Assembly: GCA_021807595.1 (NCBI GenBank)
Contig: JAKBCS010000002.1
Location: forward strand, 2,178-66,177
DNA from: Planctomycetota bacterium
GTDB lineage: Bacteria; Planctomycetota; Planctomycetia; Gemmatales; Gemmataceae
Direction of reading: 5' to 3'
DNA: 64,000 bases
Shown here: positions 37,801 to 46,662 of the stretch, in pieces
Numbering within the stretch: position 1 is the first letter of the stretch
How the letters are laid out: each line of letters opens with the position of its first letter
Position numbers and translations under genes: made by a program
The notes under the pieces: model-generated
Seen by the model: only the letters and a program-made list of their open reading frames with translations
Told to the model about the DNA's origin: nothing
The model's database searches: none

Positions 37801-38327
37801 AACGCGAATTCGACAACGCGCTGCCGGAAAAACTGCGCCGAGAGCTGGAATCGCGGCCAGCTTCCTCCGGCGACGACCAAGCTCCTGCCTTAATGTTCTG
37901 GCAAGATCAGACCGCGCCGATTGTCTTAACGCAAGCGCCTCAGCAGGCTTGGTTATTGGCTTGTTCGTTAGGGCTACTCCTGCTCGGTCTGGGTGTCTAC
38001 GCGTCTGCCCGACCGCGGGAGAATGGACACTGGGCCAGTTGGTTTTGGCCGCTGTTGGCGGTACTGGCGTTGGCCGTCTCCGTGGCCGCCTTGTTCTGGC
38101 CGGCAGCATTTTGGGCCATCGTCTATGGGTGCGAACCGGGCGCGCTCGTTTTGCTCGGCGTGGTGGCGATGCAATGGATGATGCACCAGCGCTATCGACG
38201 ACAGATCGTTTTTTTGCCCAGCTTTAGCCGAGGTCGAGCCGGCTCCTCCCTCGTGCGCAAACCGCCCGTGCCGCGCGTTCCCAGCGGCGAACCATCCACC
38301 GTCGATGCTCCGCCCCCCGTGGGATAG
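34887..38327 (+). CDS. giant secreted/membrane protein, unit 1 of a paralogous trio (unknown function)
   Basis: 1146-aa ORF preceded by an AGGAGGAGG RBS. It has a signal peptide (LILLLLGATIALSSHAQE), a short coiled coil and about 950 aa that appear beta-rich. Three C-terminal TM helices are followed by a basic stretch (RYRRQ). Confidence 0.8.
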   Translation: MLSSLGRYLILLLLGATIALSSHAQEKPAKSAPSTKSGGKDKKTPPDVESKKAADLKKLDLASLPAEAVLILCERVNEALELFPKLVVLRPEKYQEMRDEIERLKEQLQSEKLTTTPTRCVLRGKVEVNAVRFEAEFTGTTDRAATWVALACQQAGASVAETDGNKAHIRRNESSGFAVRIEKAGDYRVKLDLILPLASRDGSTRGFELSLPRPVITTLELELPANVKDVRVGGRLLKDARLSGLTLKNNRQLQGNPSLEPVEKLDVSWKDNRRPVGEPMRTALGTIQVRLDETGLTTEADLLLAVEGAPTNEWRLLVPHKAEVKVDPPDDVRIQEIRMVPDTPFSSQCILRLKEASGDPFHVRIRVPSQLHPKSPMPVGPFCVLDAVRQRGTVVVRNRVRNVQLDYRGHGDMQLRRQQTAEIGETPGTVATLEYIDIPRVSKPSQATGPHSLSWLDLVAETSLPQVRTRVSHTLRLRPSNNEGAMSWVIETTIVPESKWSDGEPLRVFVPADWQSSDENVSVNGKAEARYVLLPIPRNASSSPLRLDGSYSTVHEADGRVAFKLPRPQGAVESCDVSFVAPADIELVVNNREALNMEPGKSNRPNEQTWRCLNGAPDGVGIDVNWRPYRPELRVASVIDLTLNGNHGDLRHELRLQLPPIPPASLNLRVPDSIDDVRVESGEWRAEKRNGRFVLVPTATLHASPTKPLLLHYTAPLTGKTSETGARNTPLLVPLVSVEQATANDVKVRIWSEPGVLPRLAASRAWEELGIEEVEGRRDLPVLVLRAARRDVPLRLIVAEYSASYTVLVERSQLRVSLGENGVQSWRARFQIRQLAQRDLDISFPVPVATLHARFFLNGKQVTPALLDDKGEPTDGGEVARLRLSPELIRQTSLLEVSFQSLPTRSERSPLHTLLQPPLLRGAPTVPARWLVSVPGNRVLLSPECEAGAERSWTRHGWLLAARLQQSSADLEREFDNALPEKLRRELESRPASSGDDQAPALMFWQDQTAPIVLTQAPQQAWLLACSLGLLLLGLGVYASARPRENGHWASWFWPLLAVLALAVSVAALFWPAAFWAIVYGCEPGALVLLGVVAMQWMMHQRYRRQIVFLPSFSRGRAGSSLVRKPPVPRVPSGEPSTVDAPPPVG

Positions 38328-38375
38328 CGGCCAACCTTCGGGCGACGAGGCGATAACGAGACAGGGAGACGTTCG

Positions 38376-41300
38376 ATGGCGAGAGCGCAGATCGCATGGG
38401 GGCAAGCGAAAACCCACCGCCCGGTGAACCTGTTCCGCTATGTCCCTCTTTGCACACTACCGTTTCTCGCCGGTGTTCTCGTCGCGTTATCCCCGTTTCA
38501 GATCTTGAACTTGTCGCCGAATGTCTCGCAGTCGGCGGAGCCAAGGGAATCGATACCTAGCTTTCGACGCCTGTTGCTTTCAGCGGAACAATTGCCGGAG
38601 GAAATGAATCGCGTTCGGGATGGTGTGCTAGTGCGTCTGCCGCGCGCCGAGTTTGAAGCCTTGGTGGACAGAGCGACCCAGGCCACCGCGAAAAAAGTCC
38701 CACCGCTCCTGTTGGAAGCCCACTATCACGCCAAGCTGAAAGACGACGCACTGTTCGGCGAGGGCCAGTGGAAGCTGACGCACAAAGGACCGGGGCCGGG
38801 ACTATTGAGCCTCGATCCGTTCAATCTCGCCGTGCGACAGGCGCGATTCGAAAACGACGACGCCATCCTCGCCGCCTTCGACGGGAAGACCCCGGCCCTA
38901 TTGGTCGAGACGCCCGGCGAGCGGACCGTGTCGCTCGATTGGTCGGCGCGCGGCGAACCGGGACCGAATGGATTGCAGTTCCATCTGGAGATGCCCTCAA
39001 GCCCCGTCGCGCTTATGGAATTGGACGTGCCCGTTGGCTGCGGCGTAACGATGCTGAAAGACGGGGCATTGCTTTCCGGCCCCCACGAGGCGGAAAAGGC
39101 AGAGTTGCGTCGGTGGAAAATCGTTTGTGGTGGGACTCCCAGCATCGATGTCCTCATCCTCCCTATCGACCGCGCCGATGCGGTCTCTCCTCCCTTAGTA
39201 CGTCAACGAACCGCGCAAAAACTCAATCCGGAAGGACTCGAAGCGACATTCGAGCTAACGCTGGACGGCCCGACGCGCGGTGTGCGCGAGTTGGTGTGCG
39301 AATGCGATCCAGAACTAAGACTGGGCGAAGTCGTTGGCCCCAATGTGGGGGATTGCTCGTTCCAACGCGGCGATGAGAAAAAGCCCTCGCGGTTGACGAT
39401 TCGATTGCGCGAGCCGACGCGCGCGGGAACGTGGCAAATTCGATGCTTGGCTCCGCTCAATCGTACCTCGTCGCCGGGGGGAGCGCGGCAGATCGCCTGG
39501 CACAGTCCCGGACTACGCCTGCTCAACGGCGCGTCGCGCGGCGAAACATTGACGCTGTGGCTGCATCCCGAGTTGCGCGTCGAAGATTGGGATTCCGGAC
39601 ATTATCGACTCATTTCTTCTGAAATCGAACGCGCCTCGGGCGGACAGATCCTGACCCTGCAAGGCGGCGGATTGGGTCCGCTCCGCCGCCCTTCTTGCCG
39701 CGCGCGCGTCAATGGCGTCGATTATCGCGTCCAACAACTGACGTGGTTGCACGGCGACGCCTCTGGCATGGGAATGACGGTCCAACTTGCATGGGACGTC
39801 GACCAGGGGCAACTCTTTCAGCTGCCGATACGATTGCCCCCTCAATGGAAAGTCGATAAGGTCGAATTGAACCCCGCCACCCTTTTGCGCGATTGGCGCG
39901 TGCGCGGTCCCGCCGATAAAGCGACACTCGTCGTCGATCTTGCCGAGCCTATCGGCGTGCGAAAATCGACCGAGGGGGAGCGCGAGACGGAACCGGCGCG
40001 CGCAAGCGCCGCGCCGCGCTCGCGCCCGCCGATGCTCACCCTCCACCTGAAACACGAGGTCCCGAATGGGTCGGTGGGTAAATGGTTGCCGTTTCCCGAT
40101 GTCGCGGCTCAAGGCGCGCGCTTCCGCGAGGGGGCGCTGGCACTCGATTGCGACGAGCGACTGTTTCATCTTGAGGTGGAGGCGCGAGCGGAGCGTTCCG
40201 AAGTAGATGGCGAAGGACCGTGGGGGCAGCGTTTACCGGAGTATTATTATCGTTTTAAGGGCCAACTGCCTCCGGGGCGTCTGCGCGTATTGCCGCGCGC
40301 TCCTCGCATTCGCGCCAGGTGCGAAACGGAGGTATTGCTCGCCTCCGCTCGCGCCGATGTCGAGCTGCGCTTGTTGTTCGAATTGGAGTCCGGCACCTCG
40401 AACACCGTCGAATTGTCGCTGTCGAGCGGCGACGGCGAGCCGTGGTCGTGGCGCAACGAGGCCGCTCCGCGAGGCGAGGAGTCGTCGCACAATCGCGTGG
40501 TCCGCATGGATCGACTATACGGAGAGGAAATATCTTCCGCGCTTCACCTGATCGGCCAGGTGTCGCCGCCGTCGATCGCCGCCGTCGCCGCCGCATGGCC
40601 GAGCGACGAACGCTGGCGTTTGACGCTGGCTCGACCGCTGCGATTGCGCGAGCCGCTCCGCTTGCACGCGCGCCGCTCCCTGCAGCCGCTCGACGGCCGC
40701 TGGCACGTCCCGCTGCCGATCGTTCGCGGCACCGAGCGCATGGAGGGAGAGGTGAGGCTGCATTTGGAGCGAAGCGATCTCGTGCATCCGCACTCCCAAG
40801 GTCTGCGCGAGGCGGCGGCCCTACCCGGATCGGGCACTCCGCCGTGGCGCACCTATCGCTACGGGCAAAGCGCGGTCGGACTGGCACTAACCGGCGCGGC
40901 TCAGGTCTCAAGTCGGGCGTCGACCGCCGTCATCGACCGCGCAGTCCTGCTGACCCATGCCGGAGGGGATGGGGGCTTACACCATCGCTTTTCCTTTCAG
41001 GTCGCCAACTGGAACGAACCGATCCTGCCGTTGCGTCTGCCTCCCGGTTCGCGCCCAGCAGCCGTTCGGATCGATGGACGTTGGTTGCCGCGACTGCTGC
41101 CGAAGCTGGAGGAAGACGCCGTCGCTCCTGCCGACGATCCGATCGAATTAAACCTACCCGTGCCGATTCGAGAAGGAAAGGCCGTCAAAAACATCCATCG
41201 GATTGAGGTCGTCTACACACGCGCTATGAAGCCGTGGACCGGGTGGCAACAACTCGAAGCGCCCGCTCCGAGTCTGCCGGTTGGTCCGCTTTCGTTCCGT

Positions 41301-44300
41301 CGGATCTGGCGATTGGCACCCCAGCTGACGCCCTTGCACTCCGAGCGCTATCAACGCGTTCCCGCCACCGGCGGCACTGCGGAATGGCCCTTGCTTCCGC
41401 GACGCTTCGCCGACTTGTTCCATTTGCCGGGAGCGTGGCGAACCTTCGATCCAATGGTGGAGGACCGCGCCGCGTCGACGCGCGAAATCCTCGATCGAGC
41501 CGGGCGAGAGTTGCGCGTTCGTCGCGCCGAGAAGACCATCTCGATGCGCGAGATGGTGGACGAATTGGCTTTCGACCACTTAAAGGATCGCTCGATACTT
41601 CTTCTGGATGCAGTGGCGTTGAGGGAAGCGGGAATTGGACCGGAGACTACCGTTCGCATCGATCGACTCTCTGCCGACGATGTGTCGCCTCCCTGGACGG
41701 TCCTCGGTCTCGTCGCCGTCCCAGTCCGATCCGCGATATTATTGACGACCTCCGGCGCGTCGAGGGAGATGCTTCGTTACCCATTGCTGGAAGAGATGGA
41801 GAAAACGCTGGCCGATGCGGCGGCGCGCGGCCAAGATCCGTCCGGACGATTCTGTTCCGCTCTGAATTGGCTCGATCCCGACGGCGCGGCGCTCGACATC
41901 GAATGGTCGCCGCCGGATTCCGAGACCCAACGCGCAGATTGGAGCGAGTGGGAACCGATTGCCGGCGTCTTCGAAGACGGTCCCTTGGTAGTACGGCGCG
42001 AGGGGGTGACGGCGGCTGCTTTGGTTTTAGTCTTCGCGGTAGGAGTCTTCTTCTGGTTGCGGGGCCTTTGGCCGGCTCGCCCTCGCTTGCTACCCCTTTT
42101 GTCCCTGTTGGCCCTATTGGGCCTGTGCGTGGTTTGGCTGCCGGGAGCGCTACGCGGCGCGGTTTGGTGGGCTTTGTTGGCCGCGTGCGCTGGGGCGGTG
42201 GCGCATTATCTGCGCTGCGTCGTTGTCTTGCGCATTCGGAGGCGAGCGCAGTCCACACTTCTCCGTCCGCGAAGAGCCGGGTCCGCCGCCGCGGTGGGCT
42301 TGCTCCTGTCGGCAGGTCTCATTGGTTGGTCGGGCCGCGCCGACGCACCTACACCCTTCACGGTCTACCTGGTTCCTACCGGCGACGAAAAATCGGACAA
42401 GCAAATGGTGTTGGCTCCCGCCGATCTCCTCGACCGCCTCAAGGATCTGACTCGAATGTCCGGGTCGGCAGCAGTCGGTCTGCGGGCGGTTTTGCTGGAC
42501 GCCTCCTACGAAGGGCAAGTGGTTGAGGGGCAGGCCGAGTTCGCCGCCGTCTTCTCGGCCTATAGCACGACCGATGCGGCGACGCGGCTCACGCTGCCTT
42601 GGTCCGATGTGCAGTTGATCGGCGACGTTTTACTCGACGGGGCGCGCGCTTGGCCGTCGACGCTGCCCGCGCCGCAGGGCGGTTGTTCTCTCAAGCTGCA
42701 AGGGCGCGGTCGACATAAGATCGAGTTGCGATTCCGCGCTCCCATCCTCGGCACGCGGGAAGATCGCAACGTGATGTTCGCCGTGCCTCCGCTGCCGCAC
42801 AGCCGTCTGTCGTGGCGTTTGCCGCCGGGCGCGCTCGAACCGCAAATGTTGGTGAAATACGGCGCTCAATGGAAAACGCGCGCCGCCGACGGCGAGCGAA
42901 TGGAGGCGGACCTCGGCGCGGTGCCTCGTCCCGTCCATCTGCATTGGTATCAGCCGTCGGGCACCCCTCTCGTCACTTATCGGGCCGCCTATTTGTGGGA
43001 ATTGGGCGTCGAATCGAATCGCCTGACCGCTTGGTTGCGGTATCGGGTGCGGCAAGGCTCGGTGAATACCTTGGAAGTCGATCTGCCCGAAGATTTAGAG
43101 GTAAGCTCGGCGACGGCTCAGCGGACGGCGTCCGTCGAGCCGGCTCCCTGGTCGGCGCGCGTCGCGCTGCGCGATTGGCGCGTGGGCCGAGCCGACGGTC
43201 AACACCGTCTTTATCTGGAGTTTCCCTATCCGGTTCAGGGCGATTTTCAAGTGACGCTGAAGCTGTTGCCGCGCGAACCGTTACCGGCGCGGGCCTCGCT
43301 GCCGATTCCCTCGCCGCGCGGCGTTCGCGCCTCCGGTGCCTCCGATCTGGCCTATCGCACCGATGCAGGATTGAGCGCCCAGCGCGACACCTCGAATTAT
43401 CTCACCCGCATCGCCTCCGAGCAATTCGCTGCCGATTGGCCCGACGCGACGCGCCTGGAAGAGAATTTCTCCGGCACCGCCTACCGCATCACCCCCGACC
43501 ATGTGCCGCAATTGGTTTTGCGATTGGTGCAGACGCCACCGGCCATCCAGTCCGAGGTCGATGTCACCGTTCAGGCCGGTGGACATTCCGCCCAATTTCG
43601 CGCCCTCGCCGATCTGAAATCGGCCAATAAGGATTTGGCGTATCTCGAATGGGAACTTCCTACCGCCGAGTGTACCATCGTGTCGGCGACGGGCGACGAT
43701 GTGCGTGCATGGAAGCAACACGGCGCACGCTTGCTCGTGTGGTTGAACCGAACGACGACTGCGACGCGCCTGCAACTGTCCGGTTGGCTGCCGTTCAAAC
43801 CGTCCGGCGCGACCTCGCATCTCGAGTGGAGCGGGCCTCGTTTGCACTCGGCCTCGCGCCAGCACACGCGCCTTCACGTTACGGCCGTCGGCGACCAGAT
43901 CCTCTCCGAGGTTGTCGCGCGCAATCTTCAGCCCATTGCCGTGCCCGGCGGCGTTCGCCGGACGGGAGAGCGTGAGGCGAGCTTTGAGTCGTCGGATTTG
44001 CTGTACCATCTGCGCTGCCGAGTACGGCCCGCCTCGAACGCCGTCGCCCAGGTGTTGACCTTGGCCGAGGCGAACGAACGGGAGTTCCGATTTACGACCG
44101 CGGTACATTATCGGGTCACACGCGGCGAGTTGCAGCGCATTCACCTGCGCCTGCGCAACTGGGATCGAGAAAAGGTTGAACTGAGGGCGGAAGGCATCGC
44201 CGAGACTCCGAGTCCGCGTCGAATGGCGGGGGAACGATCGTGGCTGTTGACTTTACCGGCGGGTATCACCGGCGTCTTCCGCGCAACGCTGAGCGGAGTC

Positions 44301-45758
44301 ATGCCGCTCGAGGATGCCGAGTTGGGCATACACATGCCAGAGGTCGTCGTTGGAGGCGTCGAGAGCGTTCAGTCATTTGTCGCCGTCACCGGGGATTTAA
44401 GCGCCCAAGCGAGTGGCACATTGCAAGCGTTGTCCCCATCCAACAAGGAGCTGGCCTCTTCATGGCCGGGCGAGACGCAACGGCTGGAGCGTGCGGCGGG
44501 ACAAGCCTGGCGGGTAACGGGTTCCGAATGGCATGTGCGCTTGCTGCCGCGCGCGCGGACGGAGGACGCGACCCCCTCGCTTGTGTTCCTGACGGAGCAG
44601 GGGGCAGTCGCTCTCGATGGCCGACGTTGGCTCCACGAGGGGTACTGGTGGCTGCGGCACGAAGCGTATGCGGATCTGAACCTCGACTTTCCCGCGCCGG
44701 CCCGAGTTCTGGCTGCCTCCGTGGACGGCGTGGAGGTCACAACGCTGCAATCCGCTCCGGCGCGCGCGTGGCTGCCGATGCCGGGTCGGTCTGGAGTGCG
44801 CTGCCTTCGTCTACGATGGATTTACGACCCCTCGGAACCGTTGGATCGACCGAATCTAATCCCTCCGCGAGTGGCCGACGCCGTCCAAGGGCCAACTCTT
44901 TGGTCGGTGCGAGTCCCCGCGGGTTGGGATGCCGGCAGCGCCGCGCCGGCGGCTCGTCTGGGCAGCGGCGCGCCGTGCAAGGCTGCTCTCTCGTTGTACC
45001 GCGCCGACGCACAGCTTCGCATTGCCCAAGCCCTCGCCAAGCAAGCGCGCGCGCCCGACTCGGAGACCGTTGCATCCGTTCGACGCCGATTCGAGTTGTA
45101 CTGCCTTCAGGCTCAAAATGCTTTCGCGCAGGGAGGCAGGAACGAGAACCTGAAGGGACCGAGCGGCCAAAGCCCGATCGAGTGGATGGCCGATTTACAA
45201 GCCGCCGGCCGAGCCCTTGGGAAAGATGAACGAGTCAAAAAGGGGGAAGCGGAGAAGGGGACAAAGAAGAACGAAGATACGAAAAGTAGCGGAGAAAGAG
45301 AGAAAGAAACGAACGACCGTCGCTTTTCTCTTCTTATTCCCGATTCGTCTTCTCCGCCACTCTCCGAATCCATACCAGAAAGCGGCGGCATCGTGGTCTC
45401 TTGGTACGGTCGTCCCGGTTCGGAGCCGCCGCGTTTGCGACTGACCTCGCAAGTCAATCGGTACAAACGTCAAGCCCTGGCCGCGTCCGGCGAATGGATC
45501 GGCGGATTGGTTGTCGTTTGGATTCTCTCGCTCATGCCGTTCGTGAGAGCCAGACTGCCTCTTTTTTGGCCGGAGCAGATCGCATTGCTCGGCCTCCTCG
45601 GTTTGCATCTGGCGGGAACGACTTCGATTGTTCTGGGCTTATTCGTACTCGCGATCGGCGGTCGTTTGTTTTTGATGGCGCGGGGAGTGCATGGTTGGTT
45701 GCGAGGTCCTCGACACCAACCGAGTACGATGAACGCCGTCGGTAGCGGCGGAGGATAA
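38376..45758 (+). CDS. giant membrane protein made of two further units (units 2 and 3) of the same architecture (unknown function)
   Basis: 2460-aa ORF starting 48 nt after the previous stop. It has an N-terminal hydrophobic segment and an internal 3-TM bundle plus a signal-peptide-like segment at about aa 1210-1322 (nt 42004..42345). A second 3-TM bundle sits at the C-terminus. Confidence 0.8.
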   Translation: MARAQIAWGQAKTHRPVNLFRYVPLCTLPFLAGVLVALSPFQILNLSPNVSQSAEPRESIPSFRRLLLSAEQLPEEMNRVRDGVLVRLPRAEFEALVDRATQATAKKVPPLLLEAHYHAKLKDDALFGEGQWKLTHKGPGPGLLSLDPFNLAVRQARFENDDAILAAFDGKTPALLVETPGERTVSLDWSARGEPGPNGLQFHLEMPSSPVALMELDVPVGCGVTMLKDGALLSGPHEAEKAELRRWKIVCGGTPSIDVLILPIDRADAVSPPLVRQRTAQKLNPEGLEATFELTLDGPTRGVRELVCECDPELRLGEVVGPNVGDCSFQRGDEKKPSRLTIRLREPTRAGTWQIRCLAPLNRTSSPGGARQIAWHSPGLRLLNGASRGETLTLWLHPELRVEDWDSGHYRLISSEIERASGGQILTLQGGGLGPLRRPSCRARVNGVDYRVQQLTWLHGDASGMGMTVQLAWDVDQGQLFQLPIRLPPQWKVDKVELNPATLLRDWRVRGPADKATLVVDLAEPIGVRKSTEGERETEPARASAAPRSRPPMLTLHLKHEVPNGSVGKWLPFPDVAAQGARFREGALALDCDERLFHLEVEARAERSEVDGEGPWGQRLPEYYYRFKGQLPPGRLRVLPRAPRIRARCETEVLLASARADVELRLLFELESGTSNTVELSLSSGDGEPWSWRNEAAPRGEESSHNRVVRMDRLYGEEISSALHLIGQVSPPSIAAVAAAWPSDERWRLTLARPLRLREPLRLHARRSLQPLDGRWHVPLPIVRGTERMEGEVRLHLERSDLVHPHSQGLREAAALPGSGTPPWRTYRYGQSAVGLALTGAAQVSSRASTAVIDRAVLLTHAGGDGGLHHRFSFQVANWNEPILPLRLPPGSRPAAVRIDGRWLPRLLPKLEEDAVAPADDPIELNLPVPIREGKAVKNIHRIEVVYTRAMKPWTGWQQLEAPAPSLPVGPLSFRRIWRLAPQLTPLHSERYQRVPATGGTAEWPLLPRRFADLFHLPGAWRTFDPMVEDRAASTREILDRAGRELRVRRAEKTISMREMVDELAFDHLKDRSILLLDAVALREAGIGPETTVRIDRLSADDVSPPWTVLGLVAVPVRSAILLTTSGASREMLRYPLLEEMEKTLADAAARGQDPSGRFCSALNWLDPDGAALDIEWSPPDSETQRADWSEWEPIAGVFEDGPLVVRREGVTAAALVLVFAVGVFFWLRGLWPARPRLLPLLSLLALLGLCVVWLPGALRGAVWWALLAACAGAVAHYLRCVVVLRIRRRAQSTLLRPRRAGSAAAVGLLLSAGLIGWSGRADAPTPFTVYLVPTGDEKSDKQMVLAPADLLDRLKDLTRMSGSAAVGLRAVLLDASYEGQVVEGQAEFAAVFSAYSTTDAATRLTLPWSDVQLIGDVLLDGARAWPSTLPAPQGGCSLKLQGRGRHKIELRFRAPILGTREDRNVMFAVPPLPHSRLSWRLPPGALEPQMLVKYGAQWKTRAADGERMEADLGAVPRPVHLHWYQPSGTPLVTYRAAYLWELGVESNRLTAWLRYRVRQGSVNTLEVDLPEDLEVSSATAQRTASVEPAPWSARVALRDWRVGRADGQHRLYLEFPYPVQGDFQVTLKLLPREPLPARASLPIPSPRGVRASGASDLAYRTDAGLSAQRDTSNYLTRIASEQFAADWPDATRLEENFSGTAYRITPDHVPQLVLRLVQTPPAIQSEVDVTVQAGGHSAQFRALADLKSANKDLAYLEWELPTAECTIVSATGDDVRAWKQHGARLLVWLNRTTTATRLQLSGWLPFKPSGATSHLEWSGPRLHSASRQHTRLHVTAVGDQILSEVVARNLQPIAVPGGVRRTGEREASFESSDLLYHLRCRVRPASNAVAQVLTLAEANEREFRFTTAVHYRVTRGELQRIHLRLRNWDREKVELRAEGIAETPSPRRMAGERSWLLTLPAGITGVFRATLSGVMPLEDAELGIHMPEVVVGGVESVQSFVAVTGDLSAQASGTLQALSPSNKELASSWPGETQRLERAAGQAWRVTGSEWHVRLLPRARTEDATPSLVFLTEQGAVALDGRRWLHEGYWWLRHEAYADLNLDFPAPARVLAASVDGVEVTTLQSAPARAWLPMPGRSGVRCLRLRWIYDPSEPLDRPNLIPPRVADAVQGPTLWSVRVPAGWDAGSAAPAARLGSGAPCKAALSLYRADAQLRIAQALAKQARAPDSETVASVRRRFELYCLQAQNAFAQGGRNENLKGPSGQSPIEWMADLQAAGRALGKDERVKKGEAEKGTKKNEDTKSSGEREKETNDRRFSLLIPDSSSPPLSESIPESGGIVVSWYGRPGSEPPRLRLTSQVNRYKRQALAASGEWIGGLVVVWILSLMPFVRARLPLFWPEQIALLGLLGLHLAGTTSIVLGLFVLAIGGRLFLMARGVHGWLRGPRHQPSTMNAVGSGGG

Positions 45759-45775
45759 AGAGGCGATCCAAGATG

Positions 45776-45822
45776 CCCCTTCCCCTGAGTACAGAGAGGG
45801 AGTTTCTGAGACAGTTTCTCAG
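45776..45822. repeat. REP-like element, family B (third copy)
   Basis: CCCCTTCCCCTGAGTACAGAGAGGGAGTTTCTGAGACAGTTTCTCAG, located between convergent genes. Confidence 0.7.
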
Positions 45823-45848
45823 CGCCACGCTTTAGGCTCGACACGATC

Positions 45849-46538
45849 TTAGCGAGGTTGCTCGATCTGCGCCAGCACCGCGCGAATGGCCGACAGTGGA
45901 TCGGGAAAAGTTTGCGTGGTCCCGTAGGTGCGGTTGGTGTTCGGATTGCTCGGTACGGGGATCGAGCAACTATACTTCCATGTGCCATCGTCTTCCATGT
46001 CGAGTCTCTGCCAGGCAACGTGTTGCCGTTTGAGGAATTGTTGGGCTTCCTCGAAAGTTCGCACGGAGGCCGCCGTTCCGGTGAAGGCGGGGGGCGGCGG
46101 AGTCCCACTCGATGTCGTTACCATTCTCGCGGTCGTCCCCGGCGATACAGGCTCCGGCGTGCCTACCGAAACATTGGGGGCTACGCCGCGCGCGGCACCT
46201 CCGGTCAAACGCACATCGCGCACGGGTTCCGGCGCTCCCATCTCGCCACTGGCCAGCGAGGCCGTGCCCGCGCCAGAAATGGAGGAAGGCAACGGCGGAA
46301 CGGGACCTATCGACGCCGTCTGGGGCGAAGTTTGTCCCGGCGTCACGCCTGGCCCGGCCACCGGCGTCGGATTCGGCGGGGCGTGAGAACCCATAAACGG
46401 ATCGTTCGAGGCGTATTTCTTGCCGTACAATCCTTCGCAACCGGCCAAGGTCATCAGGGCGAGTGCCACGATCCAAAGACCCGTGCGCCCGTCGCTCTGC
46501 CGGACTCCCTTCCGCCTGGACTGGCCCACTGGGTGCAT
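45849..46538 (-). CDS. lipoprotein (hypothetical)
   Basis: The ATG at 46538 gives ...GLWIVALALMTLAGC, which contains a lipobox. A Pro/Gly/Thr-rich linker follows, then a roughly 70-aa C-terminal domain. Confidence 0.6.
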   Translation of the reverse strand: MHPVGQSRRKGVRQSDGRTGLWIVALALMTLAGCEGLYGKKYASNDPFMGSHAPPNPTPVAGPGVTPGQTSPQTASIGPVPPLPSSISGAGTASLASGEMGAPEPVRDVRLTGGAARGVAPNVSVGTPEPVSPGTTARMVTTSSGTPPPPAFTGTAASVRTFEEAQQFLKRQHVAWQRLDMEDDGTWKYSCSIPVPSNPNTNRTYGTTQTFPDPLSAIRAVLAQIEQPR

Positions 46539-46662
46539 ATGCCTTCCCGCCTTTTGCCGCGCTTGCCGCTTTTGTCCATAGTCCGTAGTCGTAGGGTGAG
46601 TCGAATACGGATGACCCACCGAAAACAGACGACTGACATACCGAAGCGAAAGGGTTCAGACA

